This document shows positions 26,594-32,000 of a DNA stretch of 32,000 bases, in pieces. This DNA is from Synechococcus elongatus PCC 6301 (GTDB lineage: Bacteria > Cyanobacteriota > Cyanobacteriia > Synechococcales > Synechococcaceae). A model generated the notes under the pieces. It saw nothing but the letters and a program-made list of their open reading frames with translations, did no database searches and was not told the origin of the DNA. The stretch's first letter is position 1. Every line of letters starts with the position of its first letter. The stretch covers positions 360,001-392,000 of the forward strand of contig NC_006576.1 of assembly GCF_000010065.1 (NCBI RefSeq). The letters run 5' to 3'. A program made the translations under genes and the position numbers.

Positions 26594-26827
26594 TCATTGA
26601 TATTTTTGGCTGAGATAGTCGCTGTAGTCTGCCTGTAATTCCTGATCGCTAACGGTTGTTCCTAAGCGTTTGGCAATTCCCCGCAATCCAATCAGCGTTC
26701 CTGGCGGAATCACTGACTGGGGTTGGGGGCTTTGTTGCTGCAGAAACTCCGCAAAGTGCAAAACCTCCGTCACCTTTTCTTCAGGAAGCGTTTGGATCAG
26801 TTGGTAGAGTTTCTCGGCAGCAGTCAT
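26594..26827 (-). CDS. DUF2281-like antitoxin-type protein, apparently orphan
   Basis: From the internal Met the sequence reads MTAAEKLYQLIQTLPEEKVTEVLHFAEFLQQQ..., a DUF2281-like N-terminus. No intact partner ORF lies downstream. Confidence 0.55.
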   Translation of the reverse strand: MTAAEKLYQLIQTLPEEKVTEVLHFAEFLQQQSPQPQSVIPPGTLIGLRGIAKRLGTTVSDQELQADYSDYLSQKYQ

Positions 26828-26865
26828 GACTGAAGCCGTTGGATCTGTCTTTATATCGTGGCGAA

Positions 26866-27069
26866 TCATGGCTGGGTCTGGGGGATCCAAGTGATGCGCT
26901 GGAAGCGGGCAGGGTTGCCAGCGGTATAACGCACCGTGTTTTGAATGTTGCGATGGCCTAAGTAGTCCTGAATATCGCGAGTCGGTAGACCCTGTTCAGC
27001 CAAGGCATAGCCGCAGGACTGGCGGAACATGTGCGGGTGAACCTGAATTTTGAAAGCTTTAGCGATCGC
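26866..27069 (-). pseudogene. 3' fragment of a FimB/FimE-like tyrosine recombinase (phage integrase family)
   Basis: My manual reverse-strand translation gives AIAKAFKIQVHPHMFRQSCGYALAEQGLPTRDIQDYLGHRNIQNTVRYTAGNPARFQRITWIPQTQP*. This contains box II (HxxR ... LGH ... catalytic Y). An in-frame TAA at 27070-27072 cuts off everything N-terminal. Confidence 0.8.
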
Positions 27070-27102
27070 TTAGACTGGTTGGCCTCTAGTTGTTTGCTTG
27101 CC

Positions 27103-27345
27103 ATGCAAACTGTTGGCGCGTTTGAAGCCAAGACCCATCTCTCCAGCCTGCTCGACTCCGTCTGTCAGGGGGAGCAGATCGTGATTACCCGCCACGGTTG
27201 CCCGATCGCCCGTTTGGTGCCAGCAGAAGGTCCTGATCAGTCTGCGGTCCAAGCCGCGATCGCCCGTCTTCGGCAGCTCAGCCAAGGTCAAACCCTCAAC
27301 GGAATTACGGTGCAGGAACTCCGTGATACTGGGCGGCGGGCATGA
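27103..27345 (+). CDS. Phd/YefM-type antitoxin paired with VapC
   Basis: MQTVGAFEAKTHLSSLLDSVCQGEQIVITRHGCPIARLVP is a prevent-host-death family N-terminus. Its stop overlaps the vapC start (ATGA). Confidence 0.82.
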   Translation: MQTVGAFEAKTHLSSLLDSVCQGEQIVITRHGCPIARLVPAEGPDQSAVQAAIARLRQLSQGQTLNGITVQELRDTGRRA

Positions 27346-27755
27346 GCTTTGTGTTGGATGTCTCACTGGCTTGTGCTTGGTGTTTTGCGGATGAGGCAAC
27401 ACCGGAATCTTGGGCTTTATTGGAGCAGTTGCAACAATCTCCAGCAGTTGTCCCTGCACTTTGGCTCTGGGAAGTTGGGCATGTCTTGGTGCAAGCAGAG
27501 CGCCGGCAAAGGATTAGCGCCGCTGCGAGTCGTGAGTTTTTATCGCTGCTAGAGATGTTGCCGATTGAGGTAGAACCCGCTGCTGTCGGTACCGTTTGGC
27601 ATGACACATTGGCGATCGCTTGCAGTCAACAGCTGACTGCTTATGACGCAGCTTATTTGGAGCTGGCGATGCGGCGGGGATTCGCTCTGGCAACTTGCGA
27701 TCGCGCCTTGATCAGTGCTGCGGAAGCCGTGGGAGTTACGTTACTGCCGACCTAA
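27342..27755 (+). CDS. vapC: PIN-domain toxin, VapC family (second copy)
   Basis: N-terminus MSFVLDVSLACAWCFADE and C-terminus TAYDAAYLELAMRRGFALATCD are typical of the PIN family paired with Phd-type antitoxins. Confidence 0.85.
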   Translation: MSFVLDVSLACAWCFADEATPESWALLEQLQQSPAVVPALWLWEVGHVLVQAERRQRISAAASREFLSLLEMLPIEVEPAAVGTVWHDTLAIACSQQLTAYDAAYLELAMRRGFALATCDRALISAAEAVGVTLLPT

Positions 27756-27824
27756 AAACTGCAGATATAGACTTGGACCTCCGATTTACGACCGCCATCG
27801 GCAAAATGGTAGGTTGCAGTTGCC

Positions 27825-30293
27825 TTGTCCCTGCAATCGCCCGTGAAGTCTTTCCCGTTCGCCCGTTCGCCTGCCCATGCCAGCGATCGCCGCGATGCCC
27901 TAATCCTGCTGGGGTTCTGGCTCCTGTCCTTAGCGATCGATGGACTTTGGCGGGGCTTCGATCTGGCACCCCCAGCTTGGGATCAAGGCGATCACTTCAG
28001 TCGGGCACTCGCCTTTTGGCAGGCTTGGCAATCGCCGCAGCTTTTGGATGGAGGCTGGTGGACGCAACTATGGCAATTGGCACCGACCTATCGCGGGCCG
28101 CTGACCTACCTGTTGACCCTGCCACTCTTCTCGTTATTCGGCGCGAACTGGGAGAGCGCGATCGCTAGCAACGGTCTGTTTAGCGGGCTGCTACTGATTA
28201 GCACCTACGGACTGGGACGACTCTACGCCAATCGCACAACAGGTTTGGTTGCAGCAGGGTTGAGTTTGGCCGTGCCGCTGACGATCATTCAGCGCGTCGA
28301 CTACCTGATCGACTACAGCCTAACGGCGATGTTGACGCTGACATGGCTCTGCCTATCGCTTTGGCAATTCGCCCGGACTCCCAAGCGAAGACTGGGTGCA
28401 GCGATCGCGAGTGGGATAGCGATCGCGGCTGTCTTTTTAACCCGTCCCACTGGACTTCTCTTCCTCTGGTTACCTTTCCTGTGGCTGGCGATCGCGGCGG
28501 TACTGCAACTATTTCGACGGTACCGCTGGCAACCCCTAGCAGAACTGCTGTTGGTGAGTGGCATTGCTGGACTATTGTCTTGGCCATGGTTTAGCACCAA
28601 CTGGCTGACGATCCTCTCCTCGATTGCCAATGCCCGCGACTGGGGCGTGAAGTATCAGGAAGGCTTGGAGGCGAATACCCTTTCAGGTTGGCTCTACTAC
28701 CCCGAGAATCTGCCCGAGATGCTGTCGCCTTGGCTGCTCGGAGTCCTGATTGTCAGTAGTGCGAGCGCCGGCGTTTGGCTCTGGAAGCGAGGCGAATCGG
28801 GACCCGGTTCCCGCGATCGCTGGCTCTGGCTGGCGGGCTTCCTGTTGGGCGCTTATCTAGTCTGTGTGCTGGGAAGTACTAAGGTCACCCGCTTCTTCCT
28901 GCCGCTGCTGCCCAGCCTGATCGTGCCGTTGGTGACTCTACCAACGGTTCTGCCGCGCCGCTGGCAAGTAGGGCTTTGGACTGGGGTTGGAGCGATCGCG
29001 ATCGCCGTGGGATTGCAAACGATCTTTCCGACACCGCTTCGTGCTAGCTGGCCGACCCGCTTTCCCCAAACCCAAGCTTGGCCGTTGGCTGAGATTATTG
29101 AACGGATCCGCGAGACACAACCGCAGCTACAATCGACGCTGGCGGTCTTGACCGATGCTGAAGCCTTGAACGCCTTCAACCTTAACGCCGAGGGGCAAAA
29201 GCAGGACTTCAGTGTGTTTGCGCGGCAGACTCTAGCGCCCGAAGACAACTGGCAGGCAGATTTTCGAGCCTTTGACTGGTTCCTCAGCAAAACCGGCGAT
29301 CAGGGCGTGATGGCGGGTGAGCGGGAGAAACGACTGGTCGAGGCGATCGCGCAGTCTCCCGAATTCCAGTCGGTTGGGCAATGGCCACTCCCAGACGGCA
29401 GTCAAGCGGAACTGTGGCAGCGGCGAGCCCTGACCCTCTCAGCTAAACCGATCACCTGTCCCAGTCAGCCGCTGGAGCTCACGGTCACAGCACCCTCTCA
29501 AGCAAAAGCCGGTCAGCCCTTCCAGATCACCTATCGGCTACGTGGATCGATCGAACAGCTGCGCAACAGCCTGTTGTTGATCAGCTGGCAAAACGATCGC
29601 GATCGCCTCTGGGTTCAAGATCATCAACCCGGGCTGGGCTACCTCAAAGCCGGGAGGGACTGCGTGGAATTGGAAGAACGGCTAACCACTCAGGCACCGG
29701 ACTCTCTCCCTGAAGGCTCCTATCAGCTCCAGGTGCAACGCCTCGATCGAGAAACGGGCGATCGCCAAACCCTACGGACTGCCCCCACTGCGATCGCCCT
29801 TGGATCCACACCAGCCCCCATCAGTCCCACAGCCCTCGATCCGGTCAGTCGCTTGCATCAGTTGGGGGCACTCCTAGAGACTGGTCAGGTTGATCCGCTC
29901 TTTGCTGACGTGAATCTTCTCAATCAGGCTGATCCTGAGCAGCATTATCTGCACCAGGCGATCGCCAGTCTCCAAGCGCGGTTAGCGGATGAGCCGAACC
30001 AGTTGGACTGGCTTTATCCCCTCACCCTCAGCTATGTGCTGGAGCGGCAAGCCCCCCAAGCGGAGGCCGTGCTGCAGCGGATTGTGGCAGTCAATCCTGA
30101 CAATGCTTGGAACTGGACTTACCTCGGGTTTGTACAGCTCTATCAATTTCAAGGCAACAAGGCACAGCAGTCTCTACTGGAAGCTGCTCTGCGCCAGCCC
30201 GAAGTGCCGATCTTGCCGACTTTACAAGCGGTGGCAGCAGTGCAGTCTGGACAGTGGGGCGAAGCGATCGCCCGTTTACGGGGAGAGAAGTAA
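27825..30293 (+). CDS. GT-C fold (family 39 / ArnT-PMT-like) membrane glycosyltransferase with a C-terminal TPR region
   Basis: 822 aa. The N-terminal half has about 12 TM and an early periplasmic-loop acidic motif (PPAWDQGDH). The C-terminus is soluble with TPR-like repeats. The TTG start at 27825 is uncertain. Confidence 0.75.
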   Translation: MSLQSPVKSFPFARSPAHASDRRDALILLGFWLLSLAIDGLWRGFDLAPPAWDQGDHFSRALAFWQAWQSPQLLDGGWWTQLWQLAPTYRGPLTYLLTLPLFSLFGANWESAIASNGLFSGLLLISTYGLGRLYANRTTGLVAAGLSLAVPLTIIQRVDYLIDYSLTAMLTLTWLCLSLWQFARTPKRRLGAAIASGIAIAAVFLTRPTGLLFLWLPFLWLAIAAVLQLFRRYRWQPLAELLLVSGIAGLLSWPWFSTNWLTILSSIANARDWGVKYQEGLEANTLSGWLYYPENLPEMLSPWLLGVLIVSSASAGVWLWKRGESGPGSRDRWLWLAGFLLGAYLVCVLGSTKVTRFFLPLLPSLIVPLVTLPTVLPRRWQVGLWTGVGAIAIAVGLQTIFPTPLRASWPTRFPQTQAWPLAEIIERIRETQPQLQSTLAVLTDAEALNAFNLNAEGQKQDFSVFARQTLAPEDNWQADFRAFDWFLSKTGDQGVMAGEREKRLVEAIAQSPEFQSVGQWPLPDGSQAELWQRRALTLSAKPITCPSQPLELTVTAPSQAKAGQPFQITYRLRGSIEQLRNSLLLISWQNDRDRLWVQDHQPGLGYLKAGRDCVELEERLTTQAPDSLPEGSYQLQVQRLDRETGDRQTLRTAPTAIALGSTPAPISPTALDPVSRLHQLGALLETGQVDPLFADVNLLNQADPEQHYLHQAIASLQARLADEPNQLDWLYPLTLSYVLERQAPQAEAVLQRIVAVNPDNAWNWTYLGFVQLYQFQGNKAQQSLLEAALRQPEVPILPTLQAVAAVQSGQWGEAIARLRGEK

Positions 30294-30296
30294 GGC

Positions 30297-31727
30297 ATGA
30301 ATGACCATACCGCCGCGATCGCGGCCCATTTTGATCAGCTAGCACCCAACCTCGATCGCTGGCGGCGACGCAACCGCACCTACTATCGCGATCTCGAAAA
30401 ACTGCATCGCTTCTGGATTCCTACCGGATCACGAGTGCTGCAGGTTGGTTCTGGTTTGGGCGATCTGCTAGCAACGGTTGAACCATCCTTCGGCATCGGG
30501 ATTGATGTCTCACCGCAGGCGGTGGCAATCGCTCAGCAACGCCATCCACAGCTGCAGTTCCACTGCTTGGCTGCCGAAGAGTTGACACCCGAGGCGATCG
30601 GCAATCCTGAGCCTTTTGACGCGATCATCCTGACGGGAGTGCTCAGCTACCTGACGGATATTCAAGTTGTGCTGGAGCAGCTCCAAGCCTTTTGTCATCC
30701 CCGCACGCGCTTAATCCTTGGCTTCCATAACTTCCTCTGGCAGCCCTTGCTCACGGCCGCTGAAAAGGTGGGACAGCGATCGCCCCAACCGCCCGAAAGC
30801 TGGCTGGGTATGCAGGATGTGCTCAATTTACTGACGCTGACGGGCTATGAACCAATCAAGCAGGGGCGGCGCTTCCTTCTGCCTCGGCAAATTCCGCTAC
30901 TGACCGGCTGGATTAACCGCTGGATCAGCCCGCTACCGGTGATTGAGCATCTAGCGCTGACTAACTATGTGATTGCGCGGCCCCTGGCTCAACCGCGATC
31001 GCAACCCACAGTCTCGGTGATTGTTCCGGCTCGCAATGAGGCGGGCAATATTGCAGCAGCAGTCGAACGCTTGCCAGAACTGGGGGCTGAGACAGAGCTG
31101 ATCTTCGTGGAAGGCCATTCCCGCGATCAGACTTGGGAGACGATCGAGCAGACGGTGGCGGAGTATCAAGGGCCGCTGAAACTGCTGGCCTGCCGCCAAA
31201 CTGGCAAAGGTAAAGCCGATGCAGTCCGGCTCGGCTTCGATAAAGCCAGCGGCGACATTTTGATGATTCTCGATGCTGACTTAACTGTGCAGCCGGAGGA
31301 TCTCGGCCATTTCTACCGCGCGATCGCCAGTGGCAGGGGCGAATTTATCAACGGCTCTCGGCTGGTCTATCCGCGATCGCGGCTGGCGATGCCGGGGCTG
31401 AATACCCTTGCTAATCGAACCTTCGCCCTGATCTTTTCCTTCCTACTCGGTCAGCCGCTTAAGGACACCCTCTGCGGCACCAAGGTGCTCTGGAAAACCG
31501 ACTACGATCGCGTGGCGGCAGGGCGGAAATACTTTGGTGACTTCGATCCCTTTGGTGACTTTGACCTACTGTTTGGTGCCGCTAAACTCGGCCTCGAAAT
31601 TGTCGAAGTACCAGTGCGTTATCAAGAGCGCAGCTACGGCAGTTCCAACATTGCTCATGTCCGCGAAGGGCTGATTCTGGCACGGATGTGTCTCTACGCC
31701 GCTGGCAAACTGAAGTTCCCTCACTAG
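30297..31727 (+). CDS. Bifunctional class I SAM-dependent methyltransferase / family 2 glycosyltransferase
   Basis: The N-terminus has the SAM motif VLQVGSGLGDL. The C-terminus is GT2 (VSVIVPARNEAGNI..., ILDADL). It starts 3 nt after the GT39 stop. Confidence 0.82.
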   Translation: MNDHTAAIAAHFDQLAPNLDRWRRRNRTYYRDLEKLHRFWIPTGSRVLQVGSGLGDLLATVEPSFGIGIDVSPQAVAIAQQRHPQLQFHCLAAEELTPEAIGNPEPFDAIILTGVLSYLTDIQVVLEQLQAFCHPRTRLILGFHNFLWQPLLTAAEKVGQRSPQPPESWLGMQDVLNLLTLTGYEPIKQGRRFLLPRQIPLLTGWINRWISPLPVIEHLALTNYVIARPLAQPRSQPTVSVIVPARNEAGNIAAAVERLPELGAETELIFVEGHSRDQTWETIEQTVAEYQGPLKLLACRQTGKGKADAVRLGFDKASGDILMILDADLTVQPEDLGHFYRAIASGRGEFINGSRLVYPRSRLAMPGLNTLANRTFALIFSFLLGQPLKDTLCGTKVLWKTDYDRVAAGRKYFGDFDPFGDFDLLFGAAKLGLEIVEVPVRYQERSYGSSNIAHVREGLILARMCLYAAGKLKFPH

Positions 31728-31743
31728 TTCCAACTGGACTGTT

Positions 31744-32000
31744 TTGACTGCTGCTAAACCTCGCGCCTCAACCATCCCGGGCCAGCGCTGGATTTTACCG
31801 CTGCTGTTGGTCACCGCATTGCTCAATCTGGGGCTGATGATTTGGGGTGGCTGGCAGACGATTTGGCAACAGTTTCGCCAGATTCCAATCGCCTTCTATC
31901 CCCTCAGCCTCCTGCTGATGGGTTTGAGCTATAGTCTGGGCTTTTGGCGCTGGCACACCTATTTGCAAGTGCTTGATCATTGGCTGCCAGTCCGTTCCAG
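31744..32000 (+). CDS. Flippase-like (UPF0104 / lysylphosphatidylglycerol-synthase TM-region family) membrane protein, 3'-truncated by the window edge
   Basis: My translation from TTG 31744 gives (M)TAAKPRASTIPGQRWILPLLLVTALLNLGLMIWGGWQTIWQQFRQIPIAFYPLSLLLMGLSYSLGFWRWHTYLQVL... It stays open to the window end and is absent from the ORF track. Confidence 0.5.
   Translation, partial: MTAAKPRASTIPGQRWILPLLLVTALLNLGLMIWGGWQTIWQQFRQIPIAFYPLSLLLMGLSYSLGFWRWHTYLQVLDHWLPVRS

Noticed and set aside
27070-27459. 129-aa minus-strand ORF considered as a possible N-terminal continuation of the integrase fragment
   Set aside because: Its translation has none of the integrase N-terminal or box I features. 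It is exactly antisense to the Phd-VapC genes and is separated from the fragment by an in-frame stop.

Overview
This window reads as chromosomal DNA of a Synechococcus elongatus PCC 7942/6301-type cyanobacterium. The evidence is high GC, dense HIP1 octamers (GCGATCGC; I counted 9 perfect copies in the first 3 kb), and protein sequences I recognise.

Gene order, left to right:
- the 3' part of the nitrate assimilation operon (nrtC partial, nrtD, narB)
- a small AT-rich, HIP1-poor islet of membrane proteins, including a K+-channel-like gene
- petC-petA (cytochrome b6f), lgt, cobM, an EamA transporter, radC, tRNA-Val(CAC)
- an M16 peptidase homologue without the zinc motif, pcyA, devB-devC (no devA), truB
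- a stand-alone CheY-like receiver, rpmA-rplU
- the complete circadian clock locus kaiA-kaiB-kaiC
- an acyl-CoA-dehydrogenase-like gene and a glutathione peroxidase
- a 3.8-kb toxin-antitoxin/defence islet
- a GT39 / methyltransferase-GT2 / flippase-like envelope glycosylation cluster that runs off the right edge

kaiABC is the best-known system here and is already well described.

The least-described material is the islet at 23.9-27.8 kb. It holds two vapBC-type pairs and a yefM-yoeB pair with a recognisable TGTACA double operator. It also holds an orphan DUF2281-like antitoxin and a tyrosine-recombinase fragment too short for the ORF track. Most notable are two tandem units, each made of an HsdS-C-terminus-like coding remnant, a DUF4160 gene and a DUF2442 gene, joined by the same TAGTG stop/start overlap.

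No CRISPR array, rRNA gene or intact IS element was seen. All family calls come from motif and sequence recall; no database searches were run.
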